The notes beneath the pieces were generated by a model, which saw nothing but the letters and a program-made list of their open reading frames with translations, did not search any database and was not told where the DNA came from. This document shows positions 1 through 13,162 of a stretch of 64,000 nt of DNA, in pieces. Position numbers and translations under genes: made by a program. This stretch comes from Octopus sinensis (lineage: Eukaryota): NCBI RefSeq assembly GCF_006345805.1, contig NC_043009.1, positions 57,102,001-57,166,000 of the forward strand, written 5' to 3'. Position 1 is the stretch's first letter; each line of letters opens with the position of its first letter.

Positions 1-1437
1 ATTGGGGACTCTGTTAAAACCTTTCTCTAAGTCAACAAAAGTCAAATACAGAGGTTTATCTTAGGCTAAGTATTTCTTCTGTAGCTACCTTACCAGAAAT
101 ATAACATCAGTGGTGCTTCTACCTGGCACAAAACCAAACTGCATCTCATCTAGACTAACCATCTCCCTAATTAGATGGATTATGACAATCTCTGCAACTT
201 TCATCGCCTGATCCAACAATTTGGTACCTCTGTAATTATTTCTATCTAAGGTATGACCTTTACCTTTGGTAGCAGTTGACTACGGTGCTGCTACACCAGT
301 CATTGGGTATGACTCCTTCATGAATCACCTGATTTACAATACAGATGACTAGACCATAACCCACACTGTCAGATATTTTAAGCATCTCAGTGGTGATTTC
401 TGATGGGCTGGGGGCTTTCTGTTTTCATATCCTTAATTGCTTTATCTACCAGAGTACTGTCAATTTGGGTGGCTGGTCCCTCAATTGGGTCAACATTTGG
501 CAGACTCTCCTACCATTCATTCTCCATGTTGAGCAGTCTTTCATAATGCATCTCCAAGCCTCTTTGTTTGCAAACCCATTAAAAGCAAGTGCACCATCAT
601 CCATGTGCACACATTTCTCTCCTATGACATCACAATCTTCTCTTACACACTGTCTTGCAATTTGAAATACTTCAGTTCTTTGGTCTTCACTGTGCAGAAC
701 ATAGGTAAACTTCTTTTCTGCTTCTCCCTTGGCTAGATATACATGTCTCCTAGCATCCCTTCTGACTATTTGATACAGTTCCCTGCTGCCCCGACTCTTC
801 CAGGTCTGTTTCTTTCCTCTAATTGCCCTGTGTACAGTAATGTTCCACCACCACATTACCCTAGGTCTGGAAGGGACTTTGCACCAACCACAGATTTGAT
901 CTGTGGCACTCAGCAAGCTATCTCACAGGAATTCCTAGTTGCCCTCTGCCACAAGTTTGTAGCTCTTCTGCTCTCTCATCAAATTTCTCAATTAAAATGT
1001 CCCTAAATCTCGGACCATATGAAGGGTCCATAACCTTCTTTTCCAGATTGGTCTGCTTCTTGGCCTGGAGTTTAAAGTCACTAATAACTAGTGTCTATGC
1101 TGGGGGGGGGGGTACATCCTTCACCAGGGAGGGTCTTTGTATTTAAGAGCAACCATGCATCCCAATGTCTGGTGAGAATGAAATCAATCTGGCTAGCAGA
1201 GTCGTCTGATTGATAGATTATCAGGTGGCTGGCTGGCTTCCTGAAGTCGGTGTTGCAGATCAAAAGGTTATTTGCATCACAGAATTCCAGTAGCCTTGTT
1301 CCCTCTTCGTTTCAGGAACCACTTCCATGGCCCCCATGAACACCATGGAAGATATCAGGCTGTTGTCCAACATGCCCATTGGAATCCCCAGCCACAAAGA
1401 TGAGATCATTGTCACTTATCTTTGAGGTAGCCTGCAG
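1..1437 (-). mobile_element. Degenerate RTE-clade non-LTR retrotransposon (APE endonuclease to RT), truncated by window edge
   Basis: Minus-strand peptides: IFVAGDSNGHVG (APE), SQIDFILTR (APE), ELYQIVRRDARRHVYLAKGEAEKK, and near 1-250 NYRGTKLLDQAMKV...STTDVIFLVR...KPLYLTFVDLEKGFNRVP (RT). Many stops and frameshifts. Confidence 0.9.
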
Positions 1438-1455
1438 AAGAAAGATATCATTAAG

Positions 1456-1520
<65 letters not shown>

Positions 1521-1823
1521 ACACAGAAAGTATTCTGCCAGTGAAAAATGAAATTGAAATTAAAGAAAATTTTTTCGGTATCATAATAATCGTATGTTTA
1601 AACGTAGAATCCCCACCAAAAAATCATCCGAATGGAAGTAGATTTGTAAAAATAGCTCAAGAAAGTTTTACTTTGGTCTTCTTTCTTTTTGTAAATTGCA
1701 ATCTCCATATAGGTGAGGGACCAGTTCAGCACATCCGCTTGAACTTTGCTGGTATTAATTTTTTTACTTTCATTTTGTGATCGCAAACTGAAAATAATCA
1801 CACACACACACACACATACATAT

Positions 1824-2228
<405 letters not shown>

Positions 2229-2890
2229 TGTGTGTGTGTATTCTTTGGTACTCGAAAGTTTTCACACCGTATTGTTGGTACGGCAAAGTGAGGTAACCCT
2301 GGATGTCTTCTCCGGGGTGCAGTCCAAACGAGGTTGAATGAAATACAAGCAGCTATTCAAGAGACGGATCTTCTCTCCAACACTACCGATGTTGGGGGTA
2401 AAGATTACGCACACCAACTGTTTTCGGCTTAACAAAAATCTTAATCCTAATCACCGGGTGTGCGTATTCTTTACTTTCGCCCCGGTGTTCATCAAACATA
2501 ATTGATGCTGAATCGCAAGGACCTAGACAACCTAGCACTATGTATGTGTATAACACACATACACACGTTTGTATATTATGGTTGCAGTGTGCGTATTCTG
2601 TATTGAAGAAGTTTAATGTTTTAAAAAATCCATTGGAACATCTAAGTAGTCGACCTGCTAGAAATAGCAGGCATCGCGTCTTCAATTTACACCCAAAGTA
2701 GCGGGGCTAGTGGAGGATCAGGATCAACACTTCTGGGTCTGTTGTATAACTGTTGTATAAGCTTAACGGGGTGGTCGGTAGCAAATTCAAGTGCTAGCAC
2801 GCTAGATGTCACTGCACACCCGAACACCTTTTTGAAAAGGACACCTAGGGTAACGTAGTCCAAGATATATTGTGTCTCAAAACAAATAAG

Positions 2891-3681
2891 GGATCTTTTC
2901 CTTTTGAACGGCAGATGTCAACACAATTTCTAGTTAACTAAACACTTTTAAACTTCGTATACTGGTAGAATGTGTTTATAAAACATCATTTTTTCTTGGC
3001 TTTATTGAGAAAATTCTATATAACATATTCCCACTTTAAAATCGAGCATTTTGGCAATTTTAACCAATCGCTCACCTCCATTTGGAGTCAAAACATACCG
3101 TGCTGTATGAATATGCCCCTCGTTTAAGAAACAGATTGGGTTTATTTACATTTGCGAAGAAAAAAAAGATACCCTTCCCCCACCCCTAACACTAACCCTA
3201 ATCTTAAAATAGATTGAAATGCAATAGATCGATACCAGGGCCATAATTATGGGTGACATTTTCATTTGACACCGCTAAAAAAAATCCCATTTTCCGTAGC
3301 AGTGTCGTATGAAATTGTCACCCATAATTATGGCCCTGGTATCGATCTATTGCATTTCAATCTATTTTAGGATTAGGGTTAGGGGTGGGAGAAGGGTATC
3401 TTTTTTTCTTCGCAAATGTAAATAAACCCAATCTGTTTCTTAAACGAGGAGCATATTCATACAGCACGGTGTTTTGACTCCAAATGGACGTATTTGATTG
3501 GTTAAAATTGCCAAAATGCTCGATGGAAATATGTGGAAATATGTTACAAACTATAGAATTTTCTCAATAAAACCAGGAAAAAATGATGTTTTATAAACAC
3601 ATTCTACCAGTATACGAAGTTTAAAAGTGTTTAGTTAACTAGAAATTGTGTTGACATCTGCCGTTCAAAAGGAAAAGATCC
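2891..3681. mobile_element. Non-autonomous foldback DNA transposon with ~380-bp terminal inverted repeats and 8-bp TSD
   Basis: GGATCTTTTCCTTTTGAACGGCAG... at 2891 mirrored by ...CTGCCGTTCAAAAGGAAAAGATCC ending 3681; CAAATAAG at 2883-2890 and 3682-3689. Confidence 0.85.
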
Positions 3682-4511
3682 CAAATAAGATAGTCAATGC
3701 TGGAGTACCTTTAACCACAGGTCTATTTGATCAATGCAAAATCGGCGCTAACGACGACAACAACAAAAATAACATAAATGAGAGTCGACTGGAGCCATAA
3801 GAAATCGCTTCGTCAACGTTTGTGGCTAAAAATGAAATCATTGCATTCGATAATAATGATATAGAAGAAAGGGAGAAATCGAAATAAGACAATAAATATA
3901 TACAATAAAAGGAAATAACCTTGTAGGTAGCATTTTCAAAATTTCCGCCAAAACTGTCAACTCTGATATCCATTGGTTACGTTCAAATTAACATACAAAT
4001 TCCAGTCATTTGTTTGAGAAGTGTATTTAGAAAACAGCCATTTTGGATGGACATGAAACATTCAACATATTTTTTCTTTCTTATTATTACAGTTTGTGCG
4101 GAAAGTTTATGATTAGCGTTTGTTACGCTGTGGATGCTGTTTCGCGGCAGTTTCACAGCAGAACAAAAGTCACTGCAATATCATGTCAAAAAGAAAATGG
4201 AAGAAAATACAAAAAAAAAAAAAAAAAAAAGACATCTTTCAATGGATGTCTAAATATATACATAAGCTTAAGACATAAACTTGGTATATCATGTATACTA
4301 TATAAATTCTTGGTTGAAAAGTTATCAATTCTCTGGCTGCCGACATCAAGGAAGTAGTTCACGAATCAGCGTTTAGAAATACTTATAAAAAGTAAGAAAA
4401 AAATCCCCATAGATCACCGATGACATTCCGAGTCTATGTAATAAGGATGAGACTTGAAGGCATCAAAATAACAGATCGTTAAGAAGTTCTATATTTAAGA
4501 GATGAGGAATT

Positions 4512-4918
4512 ATGTACATTATTTACATTCGACGGATATTTGTCCTCATCTTGTTTGTTAACACAACGTTTCGGCTGATACACCCTCCAGCCTTCTTCAG
4601 GAAATTTCGAACCTGGGTTCTCATTCCTAAGGTATTTTTCGATGTTATTATTATTATTAAGGTCATTGCCATATGCCCGTGGGTATATGGCGTAGTGGTT
4701 AAAGAGCGCGGGTTACTAACCCCAAGATTCCGAGTTCGATTCCAAGTAGTGACCTGAACAATACTACTACTAATAATAATAATAATAACATCGAAGAATA
4801 CCTTAGGAATGAGAACCCAGGTTCGAAATTTCCCACAGGACACCTTGTGTATATCAGCCGAAACGTTGCGTTAACAAACAAGATGAAGACAAATATCCGT
4901 CGAATGTAAATAATGTAA
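4512..4918. mobile_element. Head-to-head pair of a tRNA-headed SINE-like element with hammerhead-like 3' part
   Basis: Arms ~4512-4665 (-) and ~4750-4918 (+) are reverse complements. Between them are an A box TGGCGTAGTGG (4688) and a B box GTTCGATTCC (4734). Confidence 0.75.
4560..4600 (-). ncRNA. Minimal type-I hammerhead ribozyme motif (5' strand of stem I deleted)
   Basis: Minus strand: CTGAAGA-A-GGCTG(gagggtgtat)CAGCC-GAAA-CG-TT-GTGT. Confidence 0.55.
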
Positions 4919-5059
4919 AGCAACTCGGAAATATGGCATCGTGAATAAGAAAGTGATTGAAACCAACGAGTAGAAACAAACCAATATGATAATATTCGAA
5001 GCTTAGATAAAGAATGGCAATAGATTGGCTGCTTTTGAGATTCTAACACGGCCAACAAG

Positions 5060-6480
5060 TGTGAAGTAATTCTTCACAAGCGTCATTGAGGATATACAAT
5101 AAAAAGCTCTCCCCTCGCAGACGAGATTGTAATTAACAAAAGACAGACTGAATATTACACAGGACTTTCGAACTATAAGCTTGTAGTGAGTGCGAGACTG
5201 TTGTCATTGACGGACAAGGCTTAAATAGTCAGAAAATGTCTCATACACAGTTTTTCAATGATTGGTCACGTGACCTGGTCATGTGATGGTGTAACACATC
5301 GACCAAATCCGTTTGTTGAGATTGGATGCGTTAGTTGTCCAATCAGATCACTTGACAGTCCAACCAAGCGCGGCAAAATATTGTTTGTTCTCTGGAGCCC
5401 CTAATCATCTTTAAATAGAAGGATCTTTTCTATTTTCATCACTGAGGTGGGGATCTTCGCGCAGAGAAGAAAGTTATTTTGCATTTAACTTTGACGCGCT
5501 ACGTCTGTTCCTGTTTGTCATGCACCTTTAAGCAGAAAGGATATGAAAGACTCCGAGAAGCGATGTTGCCTATTTCTGTTCCCCTCTGTCTAGCACACAT
5601 CACCAAGTTTCCGACTGATTTGAGAAATAAATATGTATACTTTCTTCAGCCAGTATTATTTATGATATACCAACAGTTTGTAGTGTACGCTTGAGGGAAA
5701 TTCTTCTCCCCCCTCTTTCTCTGTTATATATACATAAATACAGACGTAGTAGATAACAGCTAGCCATCGGCCGCTTTTTTGGACCCTGTTGTGCCCCACT
5801 ACTCTGATTGGTTGGTACTGGCGCAATTTGTCTCTTGCTCTATTGCGCACCAATATGCAACCCAACTAATCGCAGCCTTCTGATTAGGTCACGTCAGACA
5901 GTCTCTTCTAAACTTCCGGTGAGCCGACTGCACACTATAAAACTCTAGCTTCACATCTAGTCGAGGTCTTTCGGTTCCAGATATTTTAAGGTCTAGCCAC
6001 TGACTACACAGGACACAGCCAGTTCCAGCGACAACACAACAGCAGCCACATGGAGACTCATCAACTTCGTCCAGCAGCATTCAGGACCTCCATCTCTGTC
6101 ACCACCACTCGTCCTAACATCAACATCATCTCTCTACGTAAACAGCAACAAGCAACGCTTGCACAGGTTCTAACACAACACTGTTCGTGAATTACTTCAC
6201 CTTATTTAACAGCAAATACAACCTGCGGCAACCTCCTGTAACAAGTGACCGGCAGTAGCATCGTAGTCACGACTTCACGTACGACACGTACATCAACAGG
6301 AACTGCATTACTGCCACAACTTTTTGATACAGCATTTCAACTATCGTGTACCTTGATTACGAACTGGTATTTATCCTCCTTGTCTGAACATTCTTCTAAC
6401 GTCGTATTATAGACGCTTTCAATGCTCTGTACTTATCGCACATGCATACATCCATGTTTGTACACACACACTTTTTTCTC
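5060..6480. mobile_element. Possible LTR-like/retroelement regulatory remnant
   Basis: Non-coding, higher complexity than flanks. Contains CCAAT/ATTGG boxes, GTCACGTGAC, a TATAAAA (~5936) and a 12-bp inverted repeat (5061-5072/6189-6200). No paired LTR seen. Confidence 0.25.
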
Positions 6481-6860
6481 ATGATGGCCTGTCTGTTATT
6501 ATGCATATATGACACACACACATGTTAACATATAAATAAAATCTTCTCTTAAACATTCTACCCGGTTGTGTCTCTCTTTTCCTTCTGGCACATATATGCA
6601 TTTATTCCTTTCATATTTATTGTACCGACTGTGTGATGTGCAAAGGACCCATTCTCGTCACCTCACTTCGCACGGTCGTTTACAAGTTGCTGTACCAATT
6701 TATTTAGCGGTTGAATAAAACCTAGCAGTTAATTCTCAGATCTCTTGATCTTGCCCTGATTTTGTTTCTAAAGGCCCTAGGCTCCTTTCTAGTGACTCAT
6801 CGCACGGTTGGTATAGTTATGGGGGTTACTAATGTCGCTGTTGGGTAATCGGTGTCTGAT

Positions 6861-6960
6861 AAAGTATACAGCGTATATTGCAACAAAAGCAATACCACAA
6901 ACATTAACCGAAAGTATGCAGCGTATATTGTAACAAAAGCAATACCGCAAACATTAACCG
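6861..6960. repeat. 50-bp tandem repeat x2
   Basis: AAAGTATRCAGCGTATATTGYAACAAAAGCAATACCRCAAACATTAACCG twice, 3 mismatches. Confidence 0.9.
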
Positions 6961-8585
6961 ATTTTAAGAGACGGCTAAGCATGTATACATACATAAATTA
7001 TCAAATCCTTAAGGTAACGAGACTAGGATGTCGGGAGTGACTTAACTGTATTTGTTCGGCCATTTGTTATCTGGAAAGAGAGAGACAAAAAGATTCGAGT
7101 CCACGAAACTTGTTAAAGTCTTTTTCATTATTTTTTTCTTGGTTTGCCTGGTGAGAACCGAGATCTATCCTGCTTGAAACACCAACGGCACTCTACCGTG
7201 ATTTAGGCGCCATCTGCTTAAATAGTGAAACAAGGCGCGGATCTCAAGAGCATATGAGTTGATGTTCACGACATGGCTTCAAGCTGATGGGTTGATTTTT
7301 AGATTGTTCACCTGAAAACGGTGTGGTTCATTCATGACACCGAACTGGTACTTTCGCATTTGGTGTGCAAATCCCAACACTCTTTCAAACTTTTCAAGAC
7401 ATCCAAGTAAAACTGTGTATTGATTAATCGTATGACAACGTGGAATAAATGCATGACGAACGAAGGCCTTCCAATAAAAACATATATATATATATATCAG
7501 TATCATCTTCACATTTGAGTGACTCGGGCAGCTTAAGGGGCGTTTTTAGGACTTTCTCACTATAACGATGATCCAACACACTACCACTCACTAGCATAGC
7601 TGGGGAGGGGCGGTCGGCCCCGGGCGACACTTTTCATCTTGTTGTAGGCTATTGCTGTAGGGATTCTAGGTTAAAAAGTCACAGGGGTTTTGTCCGGGGG
7701 TGGGGTTTGTCCGAGGGAGTTTTGTCCTGGGGTGGGGGTTGTCCGGATCCCATAAATTAATTGTGACTTTTTTTCCTGTGACTTTATTACCAGTCACCGC
7801 TGTAGGCAATATGAGTTTTTGTGGGGTCCGGGCGCAGCAAACGGAAGTGCCGCTCTCAGCGGCACACGCTGTAACTACGCAAGCGTTACCACTTCTGCCC
7901 TTTTTGTGCTCCGACATCAAGAAGATTACAGTTCAGTAAAAAAAATTCGGTGCCGGCGTATTATCTGATCAACATACATATTTCTGGTATAGCTTGAGAT
8001 CTACATTAGTTCAAATGGTATAGTTTGTGGTCGACACCGACTCTTTGATCTACATTTAAAATTCATCTATTTACTCGACTTCCGGTTGGTTTGGTATATA
8101 AACCAAAAAGAACTTCTATGATTTAAACAGTTTTAGTCCTGAGCCCATTGAAAGAAGACTTTTACACACAGGTTATTCGAGACGAAGAAGCTGTAATAGA
8201 ATTTCTCAGACGCTATGAACTCCTTGATGAACATGGAGATATTGATCCATGCAGCAAATGTGAAGGAGAAATGGCGGAAAAAACGAAGAAAAATAAGAGG
8301 TGAAGCCCGTCTTGTTTTTCGCTGCACAAAGAGTCTAGATTTAAGTTGCTGTAGATTACAATGGCGTGTAGATCACATAATACACCGGCACCAGAAATTC
8401 TATACACTCAATGCGTTATAAATGTTGAGTGTAGACTTTTTTTTAAATTCAAAATGTTGATTTTTATAGCATGCAAAAAATTTTCTGACCTCTGACGAGA
8501 TATGAAAAAGACATTAAAATAGTTTACGTACCCTATAAATTAAAACATTACCAATAAAAGTACGTATGCGCTCTCACACACGCAC

Positions 8586-8650
<65 letters not shown>

Positions 8651-8870
8651 CTAACACATAGACTAAGTACATAGTGTGTATATATGCATACGTGGATGTG
8701 TGGATGTATATACTGTTCATAGTATATTGTGGTACATGAAAAAAGAAACGTGTCAGTATTCAATAAGTATTCAGTTGTAAGATTATATACACATAGATGT
8801 ATGTGTGTGTATAGATAGATGTACACATACATACACATGTATGTATATACACACACACACAATCACACAT

Positions 8871-8915
<45 letters not shown>

Positions 8916-9361
8916 TGTGCGTTACTCTAATATGGCTTAAATTTATTGGGTGCTTTATTTAGATTATTTATTCAAACGAACAAATCTACCCATGTAAATA
9001 TAAATATGTATGTATATATATATATATATATATACGCGTACGCATATATGTCTGTATGTACATCAATATTTACATAAATTTTGTATAGGCAGATATACGT
9101 GCGTGAACATATATGTATGTCTTTGTATACATTCGAGTTATGAAACAGTCTAAAGAACTTTCTATCAAAGGCGGATTGTCTCTAAAGTTGACATTTTTAG
9201 CACTGACATCAGGAAAGGAACCACTGCTTCTAAATGCACTAAGTGATTTAGTAATCATGTATGTATACTATATTTGTGTGTGTTCTACTTCAAGATTTCA
9301 AGAGAAGTTTTTTATTCACACAGAAACAGCATTTTGCACTAAATAAATTAAATAAACAAAC

Positions 9362-9770
9362 AGTAGTGGCTGAGTGGTAAGAAGCTTGCTTCCCAACCAC
9401 ATGGTTCTGGTTTCAGTCCCAAAGCCTTGTGAGTGGATTTGGTAGATGGAAACTGAAAGAAGCCTGTCGTATGTGTGTGTATGTATGTATGTATGTATGT
9501 ATGTATGTATGTATGTATGTATGTATGTATGTATGTATGTATGTATGTATTTGTGTGTCTGTGTTTGTCGCCCCACCATCGCTTGGCAACCGATGTTGGT
9601 GTGTTTACGTCCCCGTAACTTAGCAGTTCAGCAAAAGAGACCAATAGAAAGAATATAGTACTAGGCTTACAAAGAATAAATCCTGGAGTAGATTTGTTCG
9701 ACTAAAGGCGATGCTCCAGCATGGCCGCAGTCAGATGACTGCAACAACTAAGAGAGTAAAAGAGATAAAA
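9362..9770 (+). mobile_element. tRNA-derived SINE family A (internally deleted copy)
   Basis: Head GTGGCTGAGTGGTAAGAAGC...GGTTTCAGTCCC, internal (TATG)n, tail CTCCAGCATGGCCGCAGTC...GAGTAAAAGA. Further copies at ~13745-14155(+), 14678-14850(+), 50815-50990(+), 51946-52097(-). Confidence 0.85.
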
Positions 9771-10212
9771 TAAATAAAATAATCTTTTTTTAATAAGCCT
9801 GTCCAAGACCAGAATGCATTCATTCATTAATTCCTTTATTTACTTATCTTCGTAGATCTCACGTGTATGTAGGCCATGCTGAATAAAATATCCAATGACT
9901 GTTCTGCACATATGTATATACATGCAACTGCGGGTATGTGTGTGTGTGTGCGTGCTCATGTTTCTGTGAGATTTATTTTAAGTTGTTGATTTTGTCATTT
10001 TTTTTTTTTTTTTGGCAGAATTCAAACCGGTCACTAAAGTAGCAAGACTCCTTTGATTCAATCGAGACAGCTCTTTTGTTTATGGTTACCTGAATTGGCT
10101 TTTCTATGGATAATATATGTACCTGTGGATAAACTTGCATTCGTGGGCGTGCATGTCACAGTAAACGCGTGAATGCATGTTTCATTACTGTTTAGGTGTA
10201 TGTGTATGTGTC

Positions 10213-10757
10213 TACCGTAAATCTTCGAGTATAGTCCGCCCTTGAGTATAATACGCAGGGGATTTTTAGGGGGCTGTATTTCTGAAAAACCTACACCTTG
10301 TGTATAATACAGACCCCACAAAAAACTCATATTGCCTTCTCTAACTTGAGTCGTATATAATTAAGCCAGCAGCACCTAGTCGAACAAACACTTCCGCGCA
10401 TTCGTAATACAATAATGGTGATGTTCTTAACTGTTATATGGGAATGTAAATATGTTTGCAAATTGTTTTTGTTACATGTTATTCTGTGATCTGAATACTT
10501 TTAATTTAATAAATGTTGCTTACTGCAAGTTATGGCTGATTCTTTTATGAATTCATTGTTTTCAAGCTTAGCTTAAGGTATTTTCGCGCCCGACATCACA
10601 AAATGTGTCTGAATAAACATTGCCGGACAGCAAATAGAGACTCGGACATTGCTTAGAAAATATTTTTCATTTTTAACCTCGTATATAGTACGCACTAGGG
10701 ATTTTGACCTTTAAATTTTGGGAAAAAAGTGCGGATTATACGCGAGAATTTACGGTA
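10213..10757. mobile_element. Tc1/mariner-pogo-type MITE with TA TSD
   Basis: TA-CCGTAAATCTTCGAGTATAGTCCGC at left and GCGGATTATACGCGAGAATTTACGG-TA at right. A reversed partial copy of the right end lies at 11573-11735. Confidence 0.75.
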
Positions 10758-10759
10758 CT

Positions 10760-11560
10760 CTAATTCTATGATTGTTAGCACCCAGGAGCCCCAAATGGAG
10801 AAGCTCTGAAATGTTTTACAATTTTCCCCGTCCTTCTGATAAATTTGTATCTGGAGTGTGCGAATCCGTCTGCTCCTTTGGTGTTTGGAGAACCAAGCAT
10901 TTCTAGGTTTCTATGTAGATCCGTTGTTACGTATCTCAGTATACCTATGATAATAGGAACAAATGTGGAGGCGCGTGGCTTAGTGGTCAGGGTGTCAGTA
11001 TCATGATCGTAAGATTGTGGTATCGATTCCTGGACCGGGCGACGCGTTGTGTTCTTGAGCAAAACACTTCATTTCACGTTGCTCCAGTCCAGTCAGCTGG
11101 CAAATATGAGTAACGCTGGGCTGGACTGGCGTCTCGTCCAGCTGGGGAACATATACGCCATAGAAACCGGGAAACCAGGCCCATGAGCCTGGCTAGGCTT
11201 TAAAAAGGGCGCATTTATTTTATTTTAATAAGAACAAATGAAAATATATAGTCCGGTTATAAGAGCTATACGCTTCACATCAGCTCTCCATAGACGTAGT
11301 TTTTTTCTCTAATTTTTGAAAAGACTAACATCCGCTGAGTAACTCGTCACTACAACGATGTATGACTTCTGCTCTCTGTCCATCACAACCATATTTGGCC
11401 TGTTGTACTTACATAATGCTGCTCTTTTTATTTGAATGTTCCGCTAGTATTCTTTAGTTTTAAAGATGTGGATTTTTGGTTCTGATGTGCCTTTAGTTTG
11501 GGCCGTCAGGACACTCGTTCTTGCGTATAGCATTGTAAACCATCTTAGAGACAATGTAGT
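10760..11560 (-). mobile_element. 3' fragment of RLE-type (R4/Dong-like) non-LTR retrotransposon, split by a SINE
   Basis: Minus-strand peptides CKYNRPNMVVMDREQKSYIVV (degenerate RPD motif) and PIIIGILRYVTTDLHRNLEMLG. Confidence 0.55.
10966..11225 (+). mobile_element. tRNA-derived SINE family B with 15-bp TSD
   Basis: A box TGGCTTAGTGG, B-box-like GGTATCGATTCC, tail CCCATGAGCCTGGCTAGGCTT...(TTTA)n. TSD TAATARGAACAAATG at 10951-10965 and 11226-11240. Confidence 0.85.
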
Positions 11561-12139
11561 GTCATAGGGAAGTACCGTAAATCCTCGAGTATAATCCGCA
11601 TTTTTCCCCCCAAAATTTAAAGGTCAAAATCCTTAGTGCGTACTATATACGAGGTTAAAAATGAAAAATATTTTCTAAGCAATGTCCGAGTCTCTATTTG
11701 CTCTCCGGCAATGTTTATTCAGACGCATTTTGTGGGTAGTAAAGAAATATATGTCGAAGCCAGTGACGTAGCTACCTGCTATTCCATGCACTATTCTGCT
11801 TGCCAGACTTGGTTTTACCTTGGTTTTGGTATACCAACATGATTTTAGAGACTGTATTTCTGGAAACATTAAACAATTCAGCAGTTGTAGTAACTGAGGC
11901 ACCAGCAAACCGCACTCCAAGAATTTATCCTTTTTGGAAATCAGATAAGTCACGCATTTTATTTTATTTAGAATTGCAAGAGAAAGAAAACATTAAACAT
12001 TTCCAAAGACCTTCTTGAAATTCAAAGGGTGAATAGTTACACAAACGGTAAAGGAAAGAACAAGAACTCCTAACACTTTTTACCCTTTAATGTTCTTACG
12101 TTTACAACCTTCAGCAACAAAAATAAACTCTAAAATACA

Positions 12140-12442
12140 TACATGCATACGTACGTACATACATACATACGTTTGTACGTTCGTACATACATATGTGTGT
12201 ATATATATATATATATTATTTTATGTAAAGAAAACAGACATATATATATATATATATATACTACATACATACATACGTACATACATACGTACGTGCGTAT
12301 GTATGTATGTGTATATATATATATATATGTATGTATGTATTATGTGTGTGTATATATATATATATATACGTATGTATGTATGTATGTATGTATATATATA
12401 TGTATGTATGTATGTATGTGTGTTTGTGTGTATATATATATA

Positions 12443-12475
<33 letters not shown>

Positions 12476-12720
12476 CATATATATGTATACATGTATATAT
12501 ATATGTATGCGTATGGGAGTGTTTCTGTGAATGTGAACATCTTTCAGTATGTGCGTGCATATATATATATATATATATATACCATGTGTATCTTCGACTG
12601 CGTTAGTTGTTGTATACGCATTTCATCTTGATTTTGGATGTGTGTATACGTGTGAGATTTGCCCGGGTATGCATGTGTGTGTGTATGTATGTGTGTGTGT
12701 GCGTGCGTGTGTGTACGTTT
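12140..12720. repeat. Compound (TA)n/(TATG)n/(TG)n microsatellite block
   Basis: Direct inspection; source of several spurious ORFs. Confidence 0.95.
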
Positions 12721-13131
12721 GAAAATATATGTGTTTCGTCACAGTTTTCGACATGTCGAAGCGACTCCAAACAACGATTTTGATGTTGACGGGTCACAGA
12801 AGGTTTCAAACGTTTGGCCGAGAACGATACACAAGTGGATTTGTTCCTAAGAAAGCCGTCTCTTTGAAAATAACATTATCTACGGAAAAACATAACTGGG
12901 TTCTTCTAAAATGTATAAATAGATAATAAAAACATACCAAAAGACACAAAAATAAGCGCGATATATGTCAAACAGAGGATTGTAACTCAAAGAAAATATA
13001 CATAAAAATACACAGAGTATGTTTTATAGGCGCTTAAATAGATACAAACTTATTTAGAGAAACGGAAGAAAATGTATAAACATATAAATAGAATTACATC
13101 CGTTTTTAAGGGATTTTTATGTGTGTGTGTG

Positions 13132-13162
<31 letters not shown>

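Noticed and set aside
3180-3200. Interstitial telomeric repeat
   Set aside because: Only two imperfect CCCTAA units, and they are part of the foldback element arms.
4682-4755. tRNA gene (apparent anticodon ACT in loop TTACTAA)
   Set aside because: A and B boxes are present but there is no proper acceptor stem, and it is embedded in a repeat; interpreted as a SINE head.
5605-5650. Minus-strand CTGAAGA...GAAAC
   Set aside because: No stem II pairing, non-permissive GUG triplet and no stem I.
8215-8421. Possible MULE/FLYWCH transposase fragment
   Set aside because: Too short and divergent to recognise by eye; needs an HMM search.
12090-12631. Cluster of 60-160-aa ORFs rich in Y/I/H/T/C/V/M
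   Set aside because: Translations of (TA)n, (TATG)n and (CA)n microsatellites; the same applies at 8626, 9316-9658, 13574-14102, 17639-18184, 18813-19459, 24419, 30766-31424, 39195-39418.
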